Source: Oculina patagonica
Lineage: Eukaryota
Direction: 5' to 3'
DNA: 64,000 nt
Assembly (NCBI RefSeq): GCF_052425735.1
Contig: NC_135761.1
Location: forward strand, 21,948,001-22,012,000
Under the pieces are notes generated by a model. That model made no database searches, was not told where the DNA came from, and saw nothing but the letters and a program-made list of their open reading frames with translations. The position numbers and the translations under genes are program-made. Positions 12,799-23,700 of this stretch are shown here, in pieces. Numbering within the stretch: the stretch's first letter is position 1; each line of letters starts with the position of its first letter.

Positions 12799-13173
12799 TT
12801 ACAGAGAAAGCCACCGTGGATGTTGACGTGTTGTTATTTTAGACCGTTTGCTAGTCTTGTCTGTTTTTCGAATGCTTTTACTTCTGTTTTTCAATAAATC
12901 CTTTGATTTTCTTGGTGTGGATAACTGGTAGTTAATGTCAATGCCTTGTTGTTGAATAGACGGAGGTATGGTACACGCTTTAAGTTTTTGGCTGTTCTCA
13001 GTGTTTTGATAGATGATTACTTTAACTTTAGGTTGTAGTTTTGCTTCTTGTAGCCACTTTCTTCTTTGATTGTGATCCAGCTGATGAACATTAGTAAGAT
13101 GGTTAGATAATTTCACGAGATATTTTGCTCCACATCCCGGAACCGGACAGTCTCGGCAAACTCTTCTAACCAT
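12799..13173 (-). CDS. Polinton accessory ORF B, C2H2-like zinc finger with a basic tail, left arm, 124 aa
   Basis: CPVPGC-x9-SNHLTNVH motif; K/R-rich C-terminus; TATATAA about 60 bp upstream. Confidence 0.7.
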   Translation of the reverse strand: MVRRVCRDCPVPGCGAKYLVKLSNHLTNVHQLDHNQRRKWLQEAKLQPKVKVIIYQNTENSQKLKACTIPPSIQQQGIDINYQLSTPRKSKDLLKNRSKSIRKTDKTSKRSKITTRQHPRWLSL

Positions 13174-13512
13174 GTTAACGGCATGAAATATTGACGCAAA
13201 TGAGAGAGTTTTGTTAATATCCTTGTGTTATATAGACGCTACTGAAGGTCAAAAAGGACAAAATGAGGTCAAAAAGGACAAAATAAGGACAACAAGGACA
13301 AAACAAGGACTAAAAGGACAAAAGGAGACACGAGGGACATTTAAGCTATATGTTTCGCTGCAAACGCGCGTGGAGAACGCGCGTGGAGAGAGCGCGCGCG
13401 TGTCATTTGAGAGATTTTTTTTTTCTTATCTATGTAAAAATCACTGAAAAATAAGTTAATAATTTCACGATAAAGGAAATCTCTAATTTCTCATTTCCAG
13501 AAAGATAGAACG

Positions 13513-13860
13513 ATGTTCGCTCTTGTTTTCCTAACGTTCATATTATTTCACTATTCTAACGCCTGTTTAGAGGGAAACTGTCGCTGCTATGAAGCTATGG
13601 AAGTAATCGACTGTTCACACAGAGATCTATATTCATTACCATACCCAAAGTTTGCCCTGGTGAACTATACCTCGATTTTACTGCGTGACAACAACCTTCG
13701 ACACCTGAATTTAACCCATCTATTCAAAGTGTTTCCACGAGTGATGGTTTTGGATTTGCGTGACAATGATCCGGTATTGTGCGATGATAATCCCTCATTT
13801 TCATGGTCTGTTTGCGATCTGAAGGCTTTTGATAACTCCCAGTGCTTGAAGTATAAGTGA
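13513..13860 (+). CDS. Signal-peptide LRR protein, left-arm version (115 aa; C-terminus derived from antisense loop sequence)
   Basis: Signal peptide MFALVFLTFILFHYSNA; LRRNT CLEGNCRC..IDCSHRDLYSLP; LRRs ILLRDNNLRHL and VLDLRDND. Branch point CTCTAAT and acceptor TTTCCAG (13500) just upstream of the ATG. Confidence 0.7.
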   Translation: MFALVFLTFILFHYSNACLEGNCRCYEAMEVIDCSHRDLYSLPYPKFALVNYTSILLRDNNLRHLNLTHLFKVFPRVMVLDLRDNDPVLCDDNPSFSWSVCDLKAFDNSQCLKYK

Positions 13861-14260
13861 GATTGTTTTGACGATGGGTGGGCGAATTTGTTGAGAGGAC
13901 GGCTGTCGTAATCTCTGTGCCGGTATTAGTAGAATTACAATCAGAGATTATAATAATCGACTTGGAGTTGTGGTACCTTTCTATATCATCACACAACACC
14001 GGATCATTGTCACGCAAATCCAAAACCATCACTCGTGGAAACACTTTGAATAGATGGGTTAAATTCAGGTGTCGAAGGTTGTTGTCACGCAGTAAAATCG
14101 AGGTATAGTTCACCAGGGCAAACTTTGGGTATGGTAATGAATATAGATCTCTGTGTGAGCAGTCGATTACTTCCATAGCTTCATAGCAGCGACAGTTTCC
14201 CTCTAAACAGGCGTTAGAATAGTGAAATAATATGAACGTTAGGAAAACAAGAGCGAACAT
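13724..14260 (-). CDS. Signal-peptide LRR protein with a Ser/Thr-rich stalk, right-arm version (178 aa; natural sequence to ~13771, then truncated by the fold-back)
   Basis: Same N-terminus as the left copy, continuing LCDDIERY..IISDC and a T/S-rich stalk (STNTGTEITTAVLSTNSPT). Confidence 0.75.
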   Translation of the reverse strand: MFALVFLTFILFHYSNACLEGNCRCYEAMEVIDCSHRDLYSLPYPKFALVNYTSILLRDNNLRHLNLTHLFKVFPRVMVLDLRDNDPVLCDDIERYHNSKSIIIISDCNSTNTGTEITTAVLSTNSPTHRQNNLTYTSSTGSYQKPSDRKQTMKMRDYHRTIPDHCHANPKPSLVETL

Positions 14261-14599
14261 CGTTCTATCTTTCTGGAAATGAGAAATTAGAGATTTCCTT
14301 TATCGTGAAATTATTAACTTATTTTTCAGTGATTTTTACATAGATAAGAAAAAAAAAATCTCTCAAATGACACGCGCGCGCTCTCTCCACGCGCGTTCTC
14401 CACGCGCGTTTGCAGCGAAACATATAGCTTAAATGTCCCTCGTGTCTCCTTTTGTCCTTTTAGTCCTTGTTTTGTCCTTGTTGTCCTTATTTTGTCCTTT
14501 TTGACCTCATTTTGTCCTTTTTGACCTTCAGTAGCGTCTATATAACACAAGGATATTAACAAAACTCTCTCATTTGCGTCAATATTTCATGCCGTTAAC

Positions 14600-14974
14600 A
14601 TGGTTAGAAGAGTTTGCCGAGACTGTCCGGTTCCGGGATGTGGAGCAAAATATCTCGTGAAATTATCTAACCATCTTACTAATGTTCATCAGCTGGATCA
14701 CAATCAAAGAAGAAAGTGGCTACAAGAAGCAAAACTACAACCTAAAGTTAAAGTAATCATCTATCAAAACACTGAGAACAGCCAAAAACTTAAAGCGTGT
14801 ACCATACCTCCGTCTATTCAACAACAAGGCATTGACATTAACTACCAGTTATCCACACCAAGAAAATCAAAGGATTTATTGAAAAACAGAAGTAAAAGCA
14901 TTCGAAAAACAGACAAGACTAGCAAACGGTCTAAAATAACAACACGTCAACATCCACGGTGGCTTTCTCTGTAA
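14600..14974 (+). CDS. Polinton accessory ORF B (zinc finger), right arm
   Basis: Protein identical to 12799-13173. Confidence 0.7.
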   Translation: MVRRVCRDCPVPGCGAKYLVKLSNHLTNVHQLDHNQRRKWLQEAKLQPKVKVIIYQNTENSQKLKACTIPPSIQQQGIDINYQLSTPRKSKDLLKNRSKSIRKTDKTSKRSKITTRQHPRWLSL

Positions 14975-15837
14975 TGTTTTTGCATAAACATTTGCTGTTG
15001 GATGACACGGACATATAGGTTTAAGTCTGTTTTTGCAATCTTTGTTTAAAAGAATGTAATGTCAACGGCTATTGTATAAATAACAGTGTATTAAAAGAGG
15101 AAATTAAGTGATTTTCTTCAGTTTATTTCCTTTAAAAAACTCTTATTATTTACTTCATAAAAATTCATTAAACTTTTCCAGAATTAGGGGTTTCGCTTAA
15201 CACAAAGGCATTACTAACATGCTTTTCCCAAGGGTTATTATCGGAGCGAAAAATTCACACTCAAACCTGTCAACAGTTCATTTACATTTCTTTAAAGTAA
15301 ACTTTCTTACTGTCAAAACTTTCTAAAAGTTTTCCATTTCAAAATTTCTTATTACGTTAAGTTCATAAGATCAATAAATCATTTAACCAGTTGAGTGACA
15401 AAGAGCAACCAAGAAAATCAAATAGCAATTATTACAAACAGCAAAAAATTCGTAGCGGCCAATACGGCAATACTACATTGGCAATATGGAGTTATTGAGC
15501 AGTTACGAGTAAAATAAATTGTAAGACCAGCTCAGTGAACCGATTTTGTGAAAAAAATTTGATCAATGTACAACTTTTTTGACTTGTAAACCTATGTTTC
15601 ACATGTTTGGTTTTATCTTAATTCAAACGGTAGAGAACGCGTATGAGCATTTAAGCGAATTACGGTATAAACTTGGTGGAGTTTGCTTAAGAAATTAGCA
15701 TCTATAGGCGTTTATATAGACAAGTTGCGCACCGCGAGACACAAGAAGGAAGGTTTTTTCTCTTTTAAAATACGTTTATTGATTATTAAAAACATTGACA
15801 GAGGTGTCACCAGAAAAGATTAACAGGCACAGTTCAC

Positions 15838-16362
15838 TTAGTGTTCGGGAACAGTTTGTTTGACAAACAACCGATTGAGTAAGAATTTTCGCTTATCGAT
15901 AGCGAGTTCTGTCGATTCTAACCAATCATATCCCTCTGTATCTTTCAATTCATTTTTGGTCTCTATCACTTTACGGAAGGTCGAATCTTTCCTCATTGCA
16001 TGCATCCACTGTAAATACTCCAAAAGAACTTTTCTCAGCTCCTTCCTGTATACTGGTAGCAGAGCATTTTCAGCCTTAACACGGGCCACTTCAGACACAT
16101 CTCCATGTTGTTCATACTCGTTTATCAGAGTTTCGAGCTTGGCTTCGTGACGACTAGTGACTTCATCTTGAATGCGCGACCAGGGATCTATATGCTCCAT
16201 TTGTTCTTGGGAAGAGTCTATTTCTTCGCTCGATTGAGAATCTTGACTAAATGACTGTTCACTTTCCTGTGAGCTCTCATCATCGCTTTCATCTCCACTG
16301 TCATCGGGTAATATGATATTTCCATAACCCTCTTGAAAGAATTGATTATAACTGCTGTACAT
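15838..16362 (-). CDS. Polinton accessory ORF A, right arm, 174 aa
   Basis: Mirror copy of 11402-11935. Confidence 0.7.
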   Translation of the reverse strand: MYSSYNQFFQEGYGNIILPDDSGDESDDESSQESEQSFSQDSQSSEEIDSSQEQMEHIDPWSRIQDEVTSRHEAKLETLINEYEQHGDVSEVARVKAENALLPVYRKELRKVLLEYLQWMHAMRKDSTFRKVIETKNELKDTEGYDWLESTELAIDKRKFLLNRLFVKQTVPEH

Positions 16363-16753
16363 TGTGATCTGAACGGTGTAAACTCTGAGAATAGACTGAA
16401 CTACAAGCAGCTTCTTTTATGGCTATTGGTCAAGGCGGGGTTACCCTCCGATATGATGTAATTTTTATTTTTAGATTACACCCCAATGACGTAATTTTTC
16501 TATTTTTAGATTACACCCCAATGACGTAATTTTTCTATTTTTAGATTACACCCCATTTTATGACGTCATTTACGCCCCATTTTTGATGACGTCACTGACG
16601 CCTCTATGACGTCACTCACTTAATTAATTCCACAAAAAAATAATTAATTCCACAAATAAACGGCTAATTCGGTCCTTTCCTCACTACTTACTTCAATCTT
16701 TTGCTTTAAAAAAAGTAGAAAATAGCGAAGTATGACTAAAATTGTTGTTGTAT

Positions 16754-16894
16754 CCTGGCGTCAGTTGTTCAAAGGGTTGATAACGCTATCCACCGGATAG
16801 ATCACTCTCTTGTCTATAACAAAAAAGGTTTTGTATAACAATTATGGATAGTGATTTATCCGGTGGATTGCGTCATTTGTACAACTGGGTCCTG
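16754..16894. mobile_element. Short palindromic MITE-like repeat
   Basis: CAGTTGTTCAAA..ATCCACCGGATAGATCACT / AGTGATTTATCCGGTGGAT..ACAACTGG inverted halves. Confidence 0.6.
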
Positions 16895-19269
16895 ATGGAC
16901 TCTGTCTTAACTTTTTTTCATGTACTTTTGTCTGACAGGTCTAGCAGAAATGGTGGCGACGATTTCGCCATTCGCGTCCCAAAAACGTGAAAGTTGTAAT
17001 AGACGAACACCACTTTAAACGCGGCACTCGAAACGGGAATCCTATGTCACGTCCAAACAGCGATGTTCCCAACGCGGTCATAGAAGATGGATTTGATCCC
17101 ATCCATCGGAACAATCTCCCTCCGATGAAACCCCTGCAGTCTTACTTCCCCAGGGGCGTCCCTTCCCCAACGAGAGACGTCTTGCCAGAGGAATCACTGC
17201 GGAGTTTTTTTTACCAGGGCTCTGGGTACCCGAACAACTCGCTATGTACCTCAGGAGACCCTGAGAGCGATTCAGAGGCAGATGACAGTTATGTAAATGT
17301 TAATATCATGGCAGACATGTTCAGAAATTGCATGACTCCCTTGGTCCCTTTGTCCACACGACGAGGTCATTAGAGAGTAAAATAATGGGAGTCAAACATA
17401 ACGAGTATAAACACTAGCACTTTGCCTTGGCCTGGCACATTTTTCTCTGCACATACAAACTTCTCTTAACTCTTTATGTTTATCAAAGATCTAAAAACTT
17501 CTTACTGTATTAACGAACAATGGCCGGGACAAGCTATTTGTGTGTGTGTGTTTTTTTTAATGTTACACGGAAAAGCGCGAGAGCCTATCAACCACCGTGC
17601 TCTGGAGGTTTGATCTTCTGGAAAAAAATATTTTCAAGTAAAGAACAGAATTCTTTATTTTAGCATGGTACAAGAGAAATTCTTCCAAAGAAAGTACTGG
17701 AGAATGTTCTCAAAGCAGTAAGAAGAAGGTTTTGCAAAGATCTGAAGAGAAGAGTCATAAGCAATACGCCTTTATGTTAAATAGAAGACGAGTTATCATT
17801 TTCAATCATACGACAAAACTTGTAAAGCACGTTTTAAACCTCTATTATCTTCATTAATAAGTAGTCATGCAAATTGCTAATAAGGATAAATACATCAATA
17901 AGAATAAGGATAGATACATTAAATCCAGGATAAATAGTGAAAGCAAAACATGAAAATGTGAGAATTAAAAAATCATTTTAGATCAATATGGTGTAATTGA
18001 TGGTGAGGTAGATCTGTTTGAATATAAATAGCTTAAAAGCTGGAAGAGGCGTGATGTAAAAAATTGATATGAAAGCAATCGATTAAACACAAGCTTAAGG
18101 AGCGACAATGTTTAAAATTCAGTAGATGCTTGAAAATATGATAGGCTTTATCACGTGTGGAAAAATGTCGGGTTGTTTCGCTGACATAACAGGCTTCAAA
18201 GCTCGCACATGCAAACTTACAAACTACACATGCACGCGAGCAAAGCCAGCCGTGATTCGGGTCTTTCGATTCACGCCAAACAACTACAACTTATTACAAC
18301 TGGGTAGTAGATAGTGTGGGCTGACAATGATGCCTTTTTTTTTTAGCAAAACAACCCCTTTCCATAAGATCTTGCTGAAAATAGAAAAGAAATCAATGAA
18401 ATAAAAATAAAATCAACAAGACTGCCACTAAATTTTATTGACATTGCAAGCAATTAAATAACCATTTTCCCTTCATTATGTTAAGTTTTGCCACTTTATT
18501 ATCATTGGCGTTCATTAAATTATTTTTCACGAAAGAACCCCAACGTAACCCTCGAAGGAGGGAGAGTAACAGAAAAAGCATTCAATCAAAAATAATAAAA
18601 AAGTCCGAGAAATAAAAATATTTCTCAAACGCTCTGTCATTATAAAAATCCGGACGAAAAACGTTTTTTCTTCCTTTCAACTTAGCCTCAACGAGGAAAA
18701 TGAGAGACGTGTTTATTGATGGGCAATTTCTAACCTGACCCTTACGCCGCGAGAAAAATGACGCCTTATTGCAAGTGAGGAAATTTCCAAACCTGTGATT
18801 TGGAAAATGCAACCAACAGTAATTCTTGTGAGCGATGTATAATGAGACGAACAGCGTAGTCTCGACAACAAAACAATCTTACGATTTAAAGTGAAATTTG
18901 GTGCTATCATCTTGAATTTACCTAAACTTTATCAAAAGAGCACTTTTCCACAGTGCAGCAACATTTTGCTAAATGTTTAATGCAAAAATGTACAATATTT
19001 CACATGGGTGAAGGCGCATAAGCCAACATTTGGACTTGTTTTATACTTTTTCCTGAACCGATCCGATTATTTTTCTTCCTGCTCTTCATATCCTTACTTT
19101 TGTTAGAATACGTTTTGACTTAATCATTGGAAAAACCTGAAAAGGGGACCTTAATCAATTACAGGTTTATTGGCTTCTTTACGCACAGGTTTTGCAACAA
19201 AAACGGATCGTGTTTTTAGGAACTAATCTTATCTAAGACCAGCATATTAAGCTTTTACTAGATTACATT

Positions 19270-20680
19270 TCATATGGAACTCACTTTATCATATAGCAGT
19301 ATATTAACCACGTGCTAGATTATTACGTGTTACTTTTTTGCCGCGTAGGTTTCTTTTTTTCTTTCTAACGTCGTGAGTTCCTTGTGGAACTCGTGTTATG
19401 TAAGGGCAGTATATTGACCTTGTGCTAGATTATCCTAACTTACTTGCGTGTTTGGATTATTCGTTCTTACTTGGTTGGTGAGCTCCATATGGAACTCACT
19501 TTCAAGTTAACATAGATCAGAATATTAACTTCGTGCTAGATTATTTTGTGTTACTTTTTTGCCGGGTAAGGTTACTTCTTTGTTAAGTAGTGAGTTCCAT
19601 ATGGAACTCATGTTATATTAGGGCAGTATATCGACCTTATGCTAGATTTTCATTTTCTTACTTATTTGCGTGTTTGGATTACTCGGTCTCACTTGGTTTG
19701 TAAGTTCCATGTGGAACTCACTTTATCATAGATCAGAATAATATTTATTAACCTTTTGCCCGATTATTTTGTGTTACTATTTTGCCGATGTGTCGTCTTT
19801 TTACTATCATAGTCCAGTATATTTACCTTGTGCCAGATTATTTTTGTGTTACTTTTTTTTTTGCCAGGCGGGAGTCTTTTTCCTTATTTTACGACTTGTG
19901 AGTTACTTGATAATTCTCTCTTATTTGGTTGGTGAGTTCCTAATGGAACTCATGTTATCTGACGGCAGTCTATTGACCTCGTACTGGATTGTTCTGTCAT
20001 TTTTGATTGGTGAGTTCCTTATTGAACTCATGTTATCTTAGAACAGGCTACTGACCTCGTACTAAATTATTCTGTCTTACTTGGTTTGTGAGGTCCTAAT
20101 GGAAATCATGTTAACTGACGGCAGCCTATTGACCTCGTACTTGATTATTTTGTCTTATTTGGTTGGTAAGTTCCTTATACTCATGTTATGTCGCGACAGC
20201 CTACCAACTTTGTACTGGAATTTTCTGTCTTGTTTTGTTAGTGAGTTCCGTATTGAACTCATGTTCTCTGACGGCAGCCTATAGACCGCACACTGGTTTA
20301 CTCTGCCTTATTTGGTTGGTGAGTTCTTTATTCTCGTGTTATCTCACAATAGCCCATTGACGTCGTACTGGAATTTTCTGTCGTGGTTGGTTAGTGAGTT
20401 CCTTATGGAAGTCATGTTATCTGACGGCAGCCTTTCGACCTCGTACTGAAATTTTCTGTCTTATTTGGTTGGTGAGTTCCTTATGGAACTCACGTTATGT
20501 GACGGCAGACAATTTACGTCGTACTGGATTATTCTGTCTTACTTGGTTGGTAAGTTCCTTATGGAAGTCATGTTAACTGACAGCAGGCTGTTAACTGAAG
20601 ACAGCCTAATCACCCCGTTCTTCATAATTCTCTCTTATTTGGTTGCTGAGTTCCTTATGGAACTCAGGTTAACTGACGAA
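19270..20680 (+). repeat. 78-bp satellite, + orientation, degenerate towards the left
   Basis: Units of TTGGTTGGTGAGTTCCTTATGGAACTCATGTTATCTGACGGCAGCCTATTGACCTCGTACTGGATTATTCTGTCTTA. Confidence 0.9.
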
Positions 20681-20711
20681 AACCGAGCACCAATGCTGAA
20701 CCCGCGACAGT

Positions 20712-23700
20712 ATGTATTTTCTACTGGTATGCAGTCAATACAGTTTATTAACAGGTTTTTGGTTATTTATTTCGCTGTGTATGACACGCCGCTTGGGCGT
20801 GTCCCTTGGGTATCTCTGATTGGTTTGATAAGGTATTTATAGACTGTTCAGAGTTGTTCAGTCCTCTCGCTTTCGCATTCCATGCTGACATTGAAGTTGT
20901 AAACCCGAAGTTGTGAGTAATCCTATGGTTGCAGCAAGAGTCTTCAAATCCAGAGTTAGTCAATTAAGTGTCCTCCCTGTTCAAGAATTACCTGTCGTCC
21001 TAGTTCGGATAGTCAATTAGAATTCAGAGGAAAGTCGAAAATCGACATTGAAGCATTGTAGTTTAAATTCATAGTAATTATAAGCTGTTTGAGTTGAACG
21101 TTCGCTCAGCTAGAGATCAGCCTGGATAAACCGTCAGAAGTCTGCAAGCTGGTAACGGAAGGAGGACAGCTCACAACGACGCGGCAGAAGGCGATAAATC
21201 TCGCGGATAGAAGCAAAGACGAGTGGTCGGCTCTACATGTGTACGAGTCGGACGAGCTTGCTTGTCAGAAGATGCAAAGAGAATTGACTGTCGGCCGAAA
21301 AGAAGAAGGCGGATTCGGACGCTAATTTCGCAGTATTCTCAAGAGGTTCTAACCAACTAGCAATTTAGCCTTCTCGCGGTAAGATCTTATATTTTTTACT
21401 TTGTGATGTCTCGCGTAGGTTGGATTGCCTGAGCATCCAACCATCATTCCCTTGGTGTGCATTTTTTGCAGTATTGAAGAAGAAAATAATTTACGTTCGT
21501 TTGAGCGTAGCGAATTAGAACGTAAATGTATTTTCTACTGGTATGCAGTCAATACAGTTTATTAACAGGTTTTTGGTTATTTATTTCGCTGTGTATGACA
21601 CGCCGCTTGGGCGTGTTCCTTGGGTATCTCTGATTGGTTTGATAAGGTATTTATAGACTGTTCAGAGTTGTTCAGTCCTCTCGCTTTCGCATTCCATGCT
21701 GACATTGAAGTTGTAAACCCGCCCGCCCGCCCGCCCATTTCGTTTTTTTTTTTTTTTTTTTTTTTGTTATCTTGTCTTATTGATTGCTTGTCAATTTTAT
21801 ACATGTTTTTTTGTCCGAACAGAATGTGTTGCAGGTGTTAGTTTTTATTTCAAACAGCGGACAGTGGGCTAAGGACTGCAGGTTCGGAAACTTTTGCAGA
21901 CTGCAGTAAAACTAAAGTAGTTGAACTTCCCATTAATTACTGGAGCAGCGCCGCTTCCACTAAGCCCGCCGGCATCAGGAGCACGCAATGATGGGGCATC
22001 GAAATGATATTGGTAATGTCGATCTGTTTGACGAATTGAATGAGGTAACACAAAAATCAGATATGAGCGTGAAGTTTCTACTAGACCAGGTGTGTTGCAA
22101 GTTATTAAAGGGCAGTCTGGGAAGAAATATTCATTTCTGTTATTTTTAGGCGTCTCAGAGATTATTGTATCAGTTGTTTTAGATGGGTTTCGTCTTCCTT
22201 TCAAGAAGATTCCCTCAGAAATTTTTCAAAAGCTATGTGTCATCTTTGCATCATTCTGTATTTGTAGATAAGCTATTTATGGCCTTTACATTTTACCGGG
22301 TTGGCAGAAGTTAAGGCTCCTTCTTATATGGTTTACCCTTTAGTGTTTCGAATTAACCCTATGGAAGAAGAGATAAACATTTTTATGAACAAGGATTTGG
22401 GGGGGAAACGGGAATATCACTTTGCCCTATTCTAAAAGGGAGTATTTATGGTTTTGTTTGGTCCAAGTGGCTATTACCTATCACCTATATAGCTATTCAC
22501 ACCCTGATCATCGCACATTTATATTGTTAGGTTTTCGCTTGCTTTTCGTTAGGTGACGCTTAGTTTAGGTGTTTTTCTGTTTACTGTATTTCCATTTGGG
22601 TTGGATCTTTATTCCATGCCTCAAGTCGCTCGAACTGAATATTGAAGGATTTTAAGGGGGTCAACATTGTTCTATTCCTGGACGAGGAGAAGTTGATCCA
22701 TATTGATTATTACTCTTGTGCAGTCTTAGATTCAGTTTACGGAAGTTCAGATTTATTTTTTAGCTATGGCGGGAAGTTTTAGTAGACCCTTGTTAATTTT
22801 CGAATGGTATAGTATAGAACACTATCTATAGAACAATTCCTATTTTGGATAGACGGTTATTTTTACTTCGCATTTCTGTATGTCTTCATAATTGTTTCAG
22901 AAAAAAGTTTATGGGGAATTGTTTAGCCTGGCTTGGAGGAAATTTGTTTCCATTAGTGTAGTATTTGAGGACATTTCCCGAATTATGACTAGTTATTACA
23001 ACAAGGACATTGAGGCTGCGCAGGATTACGATTTCACTAGACGTTTACTTTGGCCCAATTTATTCTCTAAGAAAACATGTTGAGTATTGAAGTGGACTGG
23101 ACAGGATGAATTTGAAAAGTCATTATGGATTGGCCCGTCTTATTGTATTGTTAGCTCAGATGCTAGTGCCACAGAATGTGGCGTCCATTTAGGTAACAGT
23201 GAACAAGTGCGCCATAATGATAACTGGGTGCATGTATACACGTTTGTGGTATGACTTGTCTGGAAAAGTTTTTGTCATTTCAGCAAGGCTCTTATGTTAA
23301 GTTGGTTTTAGATAGTTGTTCGTTTGCAGAGCATTACATTCGAGTAGCACGAAGTTGAAGTTTACATGTTATAGAGCCCAAAATTTTCAGCTCCTATTGA
23401 CAGCGGTGTCAAATTGTATGCTATGGTTTCCCGTACGGAGCTCGTTGTGAGGATTATAAAGTCGCATTATTTATACATAAATGGTTGACTAATTACAACT
23501 CATCATGTTTTCAAGCATTGAATATGGGTGGGAATCCCATATAGTGGTCTACTTTGTCAGTTTGGCAACAACTAGGTATGTTTTCACTTTAGTTTTTGAA
23601 ATCCATGCAGGACTTACGGAGTGGATTTATTAATTCACTAGGTATTCACTGCTCGTATACATGCGAGGCCATTACCACATTTATCGTCCTGTTCTGGACC

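Larger units (their letters stand above)
11076..16688. mobile_element. Fully palindromic non-autonomous Polinton/Maverick derivative (arms ~11076-13789 and ~13984-16688, ~194-bp loop)
   Basis: Termini AGTAGTGAGG.../...CCTCACTACT. Perfect 6-bp TSD TACTTC (11070-11075, 16689-16694), the hallmark of Polinton integrase. Arms are near-identical reverse complements (a few substitutions and one 9-bp indel seen). No pPolB, integrase, ATPase or capsid ORFs. Confidence 0.9.
9429..17373 (+). pseudogene. Possible decayed multi-exon host gene (exon-like 9429-9532, 10002-10094, duplicated 10285-10407 / 10500-10604, last exon ~16939-17373 with a cadherin-cytoplasmic-like motif); the palindromic Polinton would sit in its intron
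   Basis: AG/GT-bounded segments. The first two are open and phase-compatible; later ones need a stop read-through or a frameshift. The terminal ORF contains EESLRSFFYQGSG...SDSEADDSY...MADMF. Confidence 0.35.

Noticed and set aside
13211-13447. 78-aa ORF and its mirror at 14326-14562
   Set aside because: TTG start, made of low-complexity AAAGGAC repeats in the divergent promoter / 5'-UTR region.
11076-16688. Long-read fold-back assembly artefact
   Set aside because: The palindrome ends exactly at the element termini with a 6-bp TSD, unique flanks continue on both sides, and the arms differ at several sites. It is not formally excluded without reads.
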